Positions 49,405 to 58,075 of a stretch of 64,000 nt of DNA are shown one piece after another. Every line of letters starts with the position of its first letter. The first letter of the stretch is position 1. The translations under genes were made by a program, and so were the position numbers. This DNA comes from Chamaesiphon sp. (GTDB taxonomy: Bacteria; Cyanobacteriota; Cyanobacteriia; Cyanobacteriales; Chamaesiphonaceae), in the NCBI GenBank assembly GCA_965246715.1, contig CBDFFH010000005.1, positions 256,001 through 320,000 of the forward strand, given 5' to 3'. The notes below the pieces were generated by a model, which did no database searches, was not told the origin of the DNA, and saw only the letters and a list, made by a program, of their open reading frames with translations.

Positions 49405-49959
49405 CTATCGATCGCGTCGTTCCAAACGCACATCAACCTCGCGTTCTACATAATCCCATTCCTTGCTCGATCGCATCCGCACGAGTAATTCATCAAATGC
49501 CTGGGTATGTTCTGGCGCAAATTCAAACCAGGTGAGAAAATCAAAGGGTTCGCCGATGTCGCGACAGTGGAGTAGCCGACGGGCAACTCCAGGCAGATAG
49601 TCCATCCCCACAGCGGTGTGATGCGACTCTTCCTCAAAAATCGCCCTTCGTTCGTCTTTCGCCATTTCCCACCATTGGAGCGATTTTTTAATCGGAATCA
49701 GCACCGCACAAATTGCGTCCGATCGATTCAATACGGGCTGAATTGCTTTTAATGCCATAACTTCATCGTGCATGGCATACCGAACATTACTGCTAAAGCC
49801 TTGGAGAATCCACGAACTATCTAATGGTAATTCCTTAATATCATCATTCACTACATCTACTCGTTCTACAAATTCTAGATTAGCACCGAAAATACTTCGC
49901 ACATCTACTACGTGCCATGTGCCTTGGTTGCCACCAATAAACGAATATCTGTTGTTCAT
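49405..49959 (-). CDS. cld: Chlorite dismutase, short clade-2 type
   Basis: YSFIGG, SNVRY, LIPIKKS..WW, SHH (proximal His), VARRL.HCR (distal Arg), FDFLTWFEF, EW.YV.RE. Confidence 0.9.
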   Translation of the reverse strand: MNNRYSFIGGNQGTWHVVDVRSIFGANLEFVERVDVVNDDIKELPLDSSWILQGFSSNVRYAMHDEVMALKAIQPVLNRSDAICAVLIPIKKSLQWWEMAKDERRAIFEEESHHTAVGMDYLPGVARRLLHCRDIGEPFDFLTWFEFAPEHTQAFDELLVRMRSSKEWDYVEREVDVRLERRDR

Positions 49960-50124
49960 ATTATTCTACAAATCACTATGCACTCGATCGAGAAGTACAC
50001 AAATAATTCTAAGGTGGTTGAAATTCTCAAAAATTAATAGCAGATTAAAATTTCCGTTTATTTAAATAAGTTTTTGCTGAAAATCCCATCTGACGTTTTT
50101 AGACGATCGCGTTACTTCTGGCGA

Positions 50125-50175
50125 TCTCGATCTCATCCCATTAGCAGCATAACTGCTAATGGGATGAGATCGAGA
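50125..50175. repeat. Perfect 23-bp inverted repeat
   Basis: TCTCGATCTCATCCCATTAGCAG-CATAA-CTGCTAATGGGATGAGATCGAGA. Confidence 0.9.
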
Positions 50176-50251
50176 CAGAGATTGATGATTTCGCTCTGGG
50201 CACTAGAGATCGCCTCTCGATCTGTCTACCATTTTGGATCGTGAGTGCCAC

Positions 50252-50812
50252 TTAGACTGTGACTAATCGCTTTAACCGATCGGTGACTTCATCCATCAAC
50301 TCTGGACGCTTTAGGGTCACTGCCAAAATCATCGTGCCTTGCAAAGTCCCGATCGTGTGAACGGCTAATGTTGCAGCATCAGCGAGATCGCCCAATGCTG
50401 ATTCAATCCAATCGAGTAACCGGGTGAAAAATCGCCGCGCCGCTGCTGACACCGCCTCTGGTAAATCCTTCGACTCTGCTCCCAACATACAGCCCAAACA
50501 AATCATCCCGTCATTCTGCACAGCCGCTCGATAGCAGTCGCATAATCGTTGTAAATGTTCTGCTGTTGTCGAGCGGGTGAGATCCACAGCACCCAACGTT
50601 GCTAACAATTTATCGCTATAGCGATCGATTACCGCTGCACCCAGCAATGCCTTCTGCGGAAAATGGTAATGCACACTGGCAGCCTTAATTCCCACATCTG
50701 CTGCCAGATCCCGATAGCTCACGGCTTCAAATCCGCCTCGGCGAATCCGAATCTCCGCCGCCTCAAGTATTTCGATCGCCTTGTCTGAATATTCCGTTGC
50801 ATCATCTTTCAT
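50252..50812 (-). CDS. TetR family regulator (NemR-like)
   Basis: G..AVSYRDLAADVGIKAASVHYHFP.K; Cys-containing ICLGCMLGAE. Confidence 0.88.
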   Translation of the reverse strand: MKDDATEYSDKAIEILEAAEIRIRRGGFEAVSYRDLAADVGIKAASVHYHFPQKALLGAAVIDRYSDKLLATLGAVDLTRSTTAEHLQRLCDCYRAAVQNDGMICLGCMLGAESKDLPEAVSAAARRFFTRLLDWIESALGDLADAATLAVHTIGTLQGTMILAVTLKRPELMDEVTDRLKRLVTV

Positions 50813-50821
50813 AATTTCAAT

Positions 50822-50890
50822 TATCTAACGTTAGATAGGGGTTGACAACCATCCATGTCTCGCCGCATAAGTTGTCTAACGAACGTTAGA
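50822..50890. promoter_or_regulatory. Two TetR operators flanking a -35 element
   Basis: TATCTAACGTTAGATA (50822-50837), TTGACA (50842), TCTAAC-N4-GTTAGA (50875-50890). Confidence 0.75.
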
Positions 50891-50922
50891 TAGATAGAAT
50901 CCTTTTAGTTTGGAGAACTGCC

Positions 50923-51537
50923 ATGAAAGTCTACGAATACAAAGCCTTCCCCAACCCTTGGAGAGTCCGCATGGCTCTGGCGGAAAAAGGGTTAACCGAT
51001 CGAGTAGAATTTATCCAAGTCGATCTGCCCCACGGCGAACATAAGCAACCAGCGTTCCTGGCAAAAAATCCGGCGGGTGCTGTGCCCTTGCTGGAACTAG
51101 AGGATGGTACCTGTATTACCGAATGTACCGCCATTACCGAGTATTTCGACCATTTTACGGGCGAGCCAACTCTGACGGGTCAGAATGCCACGGAGCGAGC
51201 CACAATCCATATGATGCAACGGCGAGTAGAAGCAAATTTTTTGGATGCGATCGCCCACTACTTCCACCATGCCACGCCCGGATTGGGCTTTGAAGCTTAT
51301 CAAGTTAAGGAATGGGGCCAAAAGCAGAAGGAACAGGCGATCGCCACCCTGAACGGCTTAGATAAATTATTGGCAACTCAGCCTTATATTGCGGGCGATC
51401 GCTTTACGGTGGCAGATATTACGGCTTTGGCTGGGATTGCGTTTGGTGGCTTTTGTCAAATTACGATTCCCGCAACGGCAACTCATCTAGCAGCTTGGCA
51501 CGATCGAATGCAGCAACGACCGAGTTTTGGTGCGTAA
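50923..51537 (+). CDS. Glutathione S-transferase family protein
   Basis: PNP.RVR, KNP.G.VP.LE..DG..I.E and FTVADI motifs. Confidence 0.92.
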   Translation: MKVYEYKAFPNPWRVRMALAEKGLTDRVEFIQVDLPHGEHKQPAFLAKNPAGAVPLLELEDGTCITECTAITEYFDHFTGEPTLTGQNATERATIHMMQRRVEANFLDAIAHYFHHATPGLGFEAYQVKEWGQKQKEQAIATLNGLDKLLATQPYIAGDRFTVADITALAGIAFGGFCQITIPATATHLAAWHDRMQQRPSFGA

Positions 51538-51561
51538 TTGCCATGATTGATGGGGGAGAGA

Positions 51562-52230
51562 ATGATGGAACTCAATGCTGATTTTACCAAACGAGCGGTG
51601 GTGCATGGGGCGGCGATGCCTTGGCAAGCATCACCCATGCCAGGGGTGGAGCGGCGAATGCTCGATCGTATTGGAGAGGAAGTGGCACGGGCAACAACGA
51701 TCGTCCGCTATGCTCCCAAGAGCCAGTTCTCTCCCCATACCCACGGCGGTGGCGAAGAATTTTTGGTTTTGGCTGGGGTTTTTCAGGATGAATATGGGGA
51801 TTATCCGATGGGCACCTATGTGCGGAATCCACCAACATCCCGTCATACGCCAAGTTCGGTCGGTGGCTGCATCATTCTGGTCAAACTCTGGCAATTCAAC
51901 CCAGACGATCGTACCCAAGTGACGATCGATACCACGAACCAGCCATACATCGCCGATCTGACGCGGCGCGGAGTTACCACGCTGCCGTTGTTTGAAGACG
52001 ATCGAGAAACGGTGCGACTGGAAAAATGGGAGGCGAATGCTTCAATCGATTTACTCGCACCCGATGGGTTAGAAACGTTTGTACTTCAAGGTGGCTTTCG
52101 TGAGAGTGGTGATGTCTTTGAGCTTTACTCTTGGTTGCGATTGCCGCCAGATTCTCGGCTATTGGCGCAATCTGGTGCGGCAGGATGCCAAGTTTGGCTC
52201 AAGCAGTTGAGATCGAGAACTTCCTACTAA
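51562..52230 (+). CDS. ChrR-like cupin domain protein
   Basis: GVERRMLDR.G.E.ARAT.IVRY, H.H.GGEE and VKLWQF motifs. Confidence 0.88.
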   Translation: MMELNADFTKRAVVHGAAMPWQASPMPGVERRMLDRIGEEVARATTIVRYAPKSQFSPHTHGGGEEFLVLAGVFQDEYGDYPMGTYVRNPPTSRHTPSSVGGCIILVKLWQFNPDDRTQVTIDTTNQPYIADLTRRGVTTLPLFEDDRETVRLEKWEANASIDLLAPDGLETFVLQGGFRESGDVFELYSWLRLPPDSRLLAQSGAAGCQVWLKQLRSRTSY

Positions 52231-52430
52231 AATCTGATGCAGAAATACAGTTAGCGATTAAAATTATCGATCGCAGTCTGAACTTGAAGTTCGCCCTAAG
52301 TTAGAAAATGCCAGTTAGAATCGATCGCACCCAAGGATGGAATAGCATCTTTAGGTATTTGTCGCGATCGCCCGATGATCCATCGCTACCACGATCGCTC
52401 AGGCTAAAATAGAAGAACAATGTCGAAATC

Positions 52431-52724
52431 GAGTGCAACCGATTGGCTATTTGAGCGTCAGCCCGATGCTCAACCTTGGACGATTCGGATTGGTTACAGT
52501 GCAGTCTATCATTTTGGCTCCAGGAGTCTGAAAAAGAATTAATGATTTATGGAGTTGTGAATTTTCGTCATGAATTAACGCTTCCCCTTGTAGTTAGAAA
52601 CTCGAATGGGCAACGGGAGTTTTTTAATACCATGATTGACACTATCGTCAAAATTGAAGCACTGTGGTTGTGTTCGGAAGCGATCGAGAAAGTGCGATCT
52701 AACAGGGTTTTGATCGTCATCTGA
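52431..52724 (+). pseudogene. Remnants of a small partner gene and a clan AA aspartic protease gene
   Basis: LFERQPDAQPWTIRIG..HFGSRSLKK* overlapping MIYGVVN....TLPL.V......IDT; the DTG region is deleted. Confidence 0.55.
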
Positions 52725-52730
52725 TTTCCA

Positions 52731-52901
52731 GGTAATATCCCGATTTGGGGTGATATCCAGAAAGTTTCCGTATATCATCCTAAATTAGCGTGATATACGG
52801 AAAGTCTTTGCAGGACATAAGGCTTTTAGAGAAAATTTTTCCGTCTATCACCCCATTTGGGGTTATTATACAGAAAGTTTCCGTCTAATAAATAGTTGGG
52901 C
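52731..52901 (+). other. Putative integron attI-like site
   Basis: Repeated TTTCCGT(A/C)TA motifs and a 13-bp IR (52765-52803), ending in the core site GTTGGGC at 52895. Confidence 0.5.
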
Positions 52902-53097
52902 GAACGGACTGATGAAATTAAGTCTGCAAAATCATACTCAGCAGATCAACTCTAGAAGTTTCTATTCATGCTTCCCACTAGTCTGGGTAGGTTATGAACC
53001 AGATAATTCCTAAGAAACAACATATGTTAGAGTCATAATTGCTTTTCTATGCGTGAAGTAGTATTTATGTTCTAATTTATGAGGAGACAAATGGACG

Positions 53098-54252
53098 ATG
53101 CCCAAATTTTCGCTGAATATCGTTCCGGCTCATGGAGAAAAGGGTAAGCTCGAAAGCCGTTTAAATATAAATGGTCAAGTTTCTGAGGATATGGTGGCTT
53201 TTAGTCTCTGTGGAACTGAAAGTAAAAAGTTTAGCCTAGTTAGCAAAGGGTGGGGTGGCACCAATTCACAGCAATTGCTTGCCGATATTCCACTAGAACA
53301 ACTGAGTGAGCTATTTTGCTCCATTCTCATTGATATAGATCCCAAGATAGGAGATATCTTTGGGAAAATTCAGCTTGTCTTTGAGCCTTGTAAAGATAAT
53401 CTTCCTACAGGTGCAGTGTTCTGGCCATCAATACAGTTTAAAGACTGGGCAGGGCCGTTCAGCTTGCCTGTACTCTCAGACGAAATTCGTGTCAGGATTG
53501 AGGCGGGAGGTGTGGAGCCTCTGAGCTTTTGCTCAAAAGAGCCTGATACAAACGTAACAAACTTTGGGATCGCAGTTCCATTTAAGGAAGAAATAACAAC
53601 TCTCCGAGAACTTATTGAGTTCTATCGTCCGATGGTTGCAAAGCTACTGGAAGAGTGTGTACGTTCTGTCCTCGCAGAAATGAACAGGGATTCACTGGTC
53701 ACATTTTTTGAATTTCCTCAAACTGTGAGAACCGCATGTCAACAATATCTTCTGTACTTTGTGCAATTTCTTTCTGATCTGGGCATTGATGCTGATGCTG
53801 AAATTAAGGAAGATGCACAGCGTATTCTCTTTAGCGTTACGCCAAGAGATGATGGCGAAGCCTTGGAGCGCATTCAAGAAGCGCTCCAAGCATTCCTAAG
53901 CATTCCTGGTTCGAGCGCGTTTAATGACTATGCAGCGACAACTCTTGATATCGCAGGCCAGCAACTAGCCGCAAATGTCATGCACCTTCAATCGCAACTT
54001 GTACTTGCTCGTGCAATTGATCAGGCAAAAAGTGCAACAATTGAGACTTTGCAATTAGCCAATTTTCAATACCGACAAATGATGCTAGTTCAAGCACCAG
54101 ATGCCCTTCCATCAATTCCTAAAACTGTCAGTGGAACTTCTGAAAGAGAAGAGTTGATAGAGGGAGTTATTGCAATAACACCCCTGAAAGGAAACGGCTT
54201 TGAGATTAATCTCCCAAATATTCTCCGCTTGCTTAAAAGGCGCTTTCGTTGA
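53098..54252 (+). CDS. Hypothetical protein carried as a putative integron gene cassette
   Basis: 384-aa ORF with GAGGAG RBS, no CGATCG seen inside, bounded by GTTGGGC and an attC. Confidence 0.8.
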   Translation: MPKFSLNIVPAHGEKGKLESRLNINGQVSEDMVAFSLCGTESKKFSLVSKGWGGTNSQQLLADIPLEQLSELFCSILIDIDPKIGDIFGKIQLVFEPCKDNLPTGAVFWPSIQFKDWAGPFSLPVLSDEIRVRIEAGGVEPLSFCSKEPDTNVTNFGIAVPFKEEITTLRELIEFYRPMVAKLLEECVRSVLAEMNRDSLVTFFEFPQTVRTACQQYLLYFVQFLSDLGIDADAEIKEDAQRILFSVTPRDDGEALERIQEALQAFLSIPGSSAFNDYAATTLDIAGQQLAANVMHLQSQLVLARAIDQAKSATIETLQLANFQYRQMMLVQAPDALPSIPKTVSGTSEREELIEGVIAITPLKGNGFEINLPNILRLLKRRFR

Positions 54253-54341
54253 TACTCTGATAACCCTACCTGATTTACCTTTAAAACATGAGCTACGATT
54301 CCAGCTTTTCTCACTCATGATCTTCATTGTCAATGGCAGCA

Positions 54342-54426
54342 GCCCAACAATTCAAATGCAGCGGACAGTTGAGAGCTGCTGGTACTGAGTTTAAGGTTTT
54401 ACCGCCGCTGATTTGAGGCGTTATGC
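54342..54426 (+). other. Integron attC site
   Basis: R'' GCCCAAC; L'' TCAAAT(G)CAGCGG pairs with L' CCGCTGATTTGA leaving one extrahelical G; R' GTTATGC. Confidence 0.78.
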
Positions 54427-54603
54427 GACTTAGACTATCGATCGATACAAATATTTGAAAATTGCCTGTCAGATATTAATAGTTAGACTTTTTAAGATTG
54501 TCGATCAGTCAGAGCTTTGGTGTCGATCGCATCCATCGTAACTAATGGTGGTAACGATAGAGAAACGGCGATCGCTCAACTACTAGATAAATTATGTTTA
54601 ACT

Positions 54604-55137
54604 TTAGAGTTCGGTGGAATGTCCACTGCCTGGGAATTCATCGGCATGAGAAAGGTCGTACTCAGCCGATCGCGCTCTGCGTTGACTCATTTTCTTGGCA
54701 TACCGATCGTAAGCAATACAGATCCACACCAGTGTCATAAAAAAAATGTTTTTATTAAAACTTTCCGCCGCATTGGGAAACAGGCTCCCAGCAGGGACGA
54801 CACCAAAGGCGAGAATGATACTAAAAGTCATCAGGATGAGTAGCAATCCCGTCCACTCGATCCAGAAATTGAACGCGAATAAGGCTCCTAACACAATTTC
54901 TGCTAATGGTAATAGCCAGCCGTAAGGCACGGCAATAAGCGCAGGCAACGGGCCAATTCCCTGCCAGCCAGCGGGGAATGGCCCCCACAATTGCAATTTT
55001 TGAGTTAGTACGGTTTGATAGAAGCCATCTTTAATACTAAAGTTGAGGTAGTTGGCAATCCCAGAGCAAAAGAAAAACAGTCCGAGTACGACACGATTGA
55101 CAGTGACAGCGGTATGAAGATTGTAGATAGATTTCAT
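54604..55137 (-). CDS. DoxX family membrane protein
   Basis: R..LGLFF..SG..., LP.AE..LG; four TM segments. Confidence 0.75.
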   Translation of the reverse strand: MKSIYNLHTAVTVNRVVLGLFFFCSGIANYLNFSIKDGFYQTVLTQKLQLWGPFPAGWQGIGPLPALIAVPYGWLLPLAEIVLGALFAFNFWIEWTGLLLILMTFSIILAFGVVPAGSLFPNAAESFNKNIFFMTLVWICIAYDRYAKKMSQRRARSAEYDLSHADEFPGSGHSTEL

Positions 55138-55238
55138 AGCAAGATCCTCGTAGAAGAATTTTGGATTGTGGATTAAATAAGGGTGGTAGCTTTGCGTTTA
55201 GACTGAATAAAATCTAGATGCAATAGAAATTGAGATCG

Positions 55239-56660
55239 CTACTTTTTGGGTGCCATCCGATCGAGTAAAGTCGGCATCCCTGTCGAATTCATCTGTTGTT
55301 GAAACTGTGTCGGTTGGGCGGCACGCCAGATCAGTGGCGTGGCGATGAGGACTCCTGCGGCAATGGTTGCCATCCCTGAGAGCCAAGGCGTGCGACCCAA
55401 TCTGTGGGAGTGAAAAGGTTGATGCTGTTGAAAGATTTCGTCAGTCAGCCAATCGGCAGTAACTTTGACGTTACGCCAGATGGTGGGTAGTAATTCGAGA
55501 TAGGTAGCCGTGCGAACTAGATGTCCTGGTTGACCTTTGATAGGGAATTTATCGAACAGGTTGGCAACCCCTTCATTTAGCCCCAATTTCATTAAGGTGC
55601 CCCGTAGATGCACTGTAGCTGTTACCAGGGGTTTGTCCTCCACGATTGCTTGTAAATTGTAGGCGATCGCTTTACCTTGTTGATACGCAACTTGGGCGGT
55701 AGGCGGCTGCGGATCGTCACTATTAGTAGCGCAATCTCCAGCGGCAAATACTTCTGGAAAATCGGGCAATTGCAACGTCGGGATGACGAATAATCGCCCC
55801 TTGAGATCGCGATATTCTGGTTTACTAATTGGTAACTCCATCAATAACGGATGGGGTGAGGTTCCCGCTGTCCAGGCAATCGTGCCAGCTTTGATGGAGT
55901 AGGTGCGCTCGCCCCGTTTGAACTCTACTGCATCAGGATGAATGGCGGCAACTGCGGCATCGAATAGCAATTGAACACCCCGCTGTTTGAGCGCACGGTA
56001 GGCATTAGGGCGCAATTTACTATTGATATCGCCTTTGAGCAGTTCGCCGCTGCGGTTGATGAGCACTACTCTTATTTCATCGACATCGCCGCCGAGATCT
56101 TCGTACCACAGGGGCAACAAATCGCCCAAGGTGCAGGCTAATTCGATCCCCGCAGGCCCCGCGCCAATAATTGCGACTGTCAGTAACGCACACCGTTCCT
56201 GGGGGTCTGGAGTCATGACTGCTTGTCGTAATTGGGCTTGTAACCTTTCGCGTAAAGCGATCGCCTCTGCACCAGATGTCAGCGGCAGTGCGTACTCCGC
56301 CGCACCAGGGGTATCCAGATAAGTTACCTTACTACCCAATGCCAGCACCAAGCGATCGTAAGCATAATCTCGTCCAGAAGCGAGTGCCACCCGCTGGCGG
56401 TGCAAATCGATCGATTTTACAGTGTCTTGCACGAAACTAACGCCCGATTCGGCGAGCAAGTCGGCATAGCGCGGATGAACTTGGCGAGCGTGAAGTTCGC
56501 CGCTGAGTAGTTCGTAGAGGAGTGGCTTGAAACTAAATCGATCTTGTCGATCGATTAGGACGATCGGTTGTTGGTAGTTTTGGCGGCTCAGATGCAAGGC
56601 TGTAAATAGCCCGACAAAACCGCCGCCTAAGATCAGAGTTGGATTGGATTTCTGATTCAT
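55239..56660 (-). CDS. NAD(P)/FAD-dependent oxidoreductase (type II NADH dehydrogenase-like)
   Basis: GGGFVG, FKPLLYE, GAGPAGIE, GD and PPTAQVAYQQG motifs. Confidence 0.88.
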   Translation of the reverse strand: MNQKSNPTLILGGGFVGLFTALHLSRQNYQQPIVLIDRQDRFSFKPLLYELLSGELHARQVHPRYADLLAESGVSFVQDTVKSIDLHRQRVALASGRDYAYDRLVLALGSKVTYLDTPGAAEYALPLTSGAEAIALRERLQAQLRQAVMTPDPQERCALLTVAIIGAGPAGIELACTLGDLLPLWYEDLGGDVDEIRVVLINRSGELLKGDINSKLRPNAYRALKQRGVQLLFDAAVAAIHPDAVEFKRGERTYSIKAGTIAWTAGTSPHPLLMELPISKPEYRDLKGRLFVIPTLQLPDFPEVFAAGDCATNSDDPQPPTAQVAYQQGKAIAYNLQAIVEDKPLVTATVHLRGTLMKLGLNEGVANLFDKFPIKGQPGHLVRTATYLELLPTIWRNVKVTADWLTDEIFQQHQPFHSHRLGRTPWLSGMATIAAGVLIATPLIWRAAQPTQFQQQMNSTGMPTLLDRMAPKK

Positions 56661-56699
56661 AATTTGAGCAGAGGTACAATACCATTTGAATCTGCTGTT

Positions 56700-56824
56700 A
56701 GTATGACTTGAAAATCCAGGCGATGAATGATTTTGAGCTAAACATTGGCTGAGAAATTCGACCGATTACACTCATAAACTATTCAGCAATTTCTCATGAG
56801 AAACTCAGGCTAGGAGTTTACCAT
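56700..56824. promoter_or_regulatory. Divergent pair of repeat-box promoters
   Basis: Plus: ACTCAT/ATTCAG/TCTCAT/ACTCAG (56770-56808)-N10-TACCAT; minus: TCTCAG/GTTTAG/AATCAT/GCCTGG-N10-CATACT. Confidence 0.72.
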
Positions 56825-56977
56825 TAATAATCGTAAAAATATTTTGATAAATTAAACAACCCTAGAAATATGGCTTGCAGCTATGAAATTTTACTTGTCC
56901 AAGCATAATACCTCATTCGATCGATATATTTTTCCGACATCAATTATTTACCAACTATTTATTGACTAAAATAAATT

Positions 56978-57442
56978 GTGAGCAAGAATATAATTTTCAA
57001 TCTATTCCGATGGCTGACGATCGGGATTATCATTATTAATTTAATAGCTTATATGGATCTAGCTGAAAGTAGAAATATTTCGTCGCCACAAGAGATTCGC
57101 GCGATCGTCGAGCGAGCTAAAAATGCCTGGGTAGCACGCGATGCCGATGCTCTGGCGCAGTTATTTACACCGGATGCCCAGCTCATCGTCCCCGGTCAAC
57201 GATGGCAGGGACAGGCTAAAATTCGGGAAGAAGTTGCTAAGTTTTCGCGACTGTATACCGATGTCCAAATTACCATCCACCGCACGATCGTCGATGGCAA
57301 TCACGCGGCAGTAGAATGGCATTATGAGGATACCGAAAAAGCTACGGGGAAACGTAGCCAAGCCGATGATGCGATCGTCATTGAGGTCAAAAACGGTCGG
57401 ATTAGTTATTGGCGAGAGTATTTCGATACCAGTGGTAAATAA
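56978..57442 (+). CDS. SnoaL/NTF2-like protein with N-terminal signal or TM segment
   Basis: DADALAQLF..DA, AVEW and G.I.YWREYFD motifs. Confidence 0.85.
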   Translation: MSKNIIFNLFRWLTIGIIIINLIAYMDLAESRNISSPQEIRAIVERAKNAWVARDADALAQLFTPDAQLIVPGQRWQGQAKIREEVAKFSRLYTDVQITIHRTIVDGNHAAVEWHYEDTEKATGKRSQADDAIVIEVKNGRISYWREYFDTSGK

Positions 57443-57501
57443 GCGAGCGTTTAGAAAGTTATGCTAGTAGTGTAAGTATTCCTAAATGCACGTTTTAGAG
57501 A

Positions 57502-58020
57502 TTAGGCAGCGATAAATTTCATCGCTACTCCGTTCATACAATATCGCAGTCCAGTGGGTTTCGGGCCATCCTCAAATACATGTCCTAAGTGCCCCCCACA
57601 GCGACGACAATGGACTTCAGTTCGAGTCGCACCGAAGGATGTGTCTACGGAAGTTTTAACTGCATTAGCGATCGGTGCATAGAAACTCGGCCAGCCAGTA
57701 CCGCTCTCAAACTTGGTTTCGGAAACAAACAGCGGCAAGTTACAGCCAGCACAGGCAAATTTACCCGTGCGATGTTCTTGAGTCAGTGAGCTAGTGCCAG
57801 CCCGTTCTGTACCCTCTTTTCGGAGTACCTCGAATTGAGCTGGAGTCAGGATCTTACGCCACTGAGCTTCAGTTTTAGTAACCTCGAATTTACCTAATGT
57901 TTTTGCGTTGGCATAGCCTCTCTGAAATAAAATCGATTCAGATCTTCTGGATGAAAAAAATAGCGTGCTAGCAGCACTAAGTGGTACGAGAGAAGCAAAT
58001 AATAAAGTTCGTCTGTTCAT
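57502..58020 (-). CDS. msrB: Peptide-methionine (R)-S-oxide reductase with Tat signal
   Basis: MNRRTLL; KFESGTGWPSF, HLGHVF.DGP and RYCMN motifs. Confidence 0.95.
   Translation of the reverse strand: MNRRTLLFASLVPLSAASTLFFSSRRSESILFQRGYANAKTLGKFEVTKTEAQWRKILTPAQFEVLRKEGTERAGTSSLTQEHRTGKFACAGCNLPLFVSETKFESGTGWPSFYAPIANAVKTSVDTSFGATRTEVHCRRCGGHLGHVFEDGPKPTGLRYCMNGVAMKFIAA
57908..57931 (+). mobile_element. 24-nt small dispersed repeat at CG^ATCG
   Basis: GCG|TTGGCATAGCCTCTCTGAAATAAA|ATCG; in frame in the msrB leader. Confidence 0.7.
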
Positions 58021-58075
58021 TTTTTAATTAGTTAGTTTAGATATCTCTACAATCGGCAGAAGCTAAATTAAAGCT

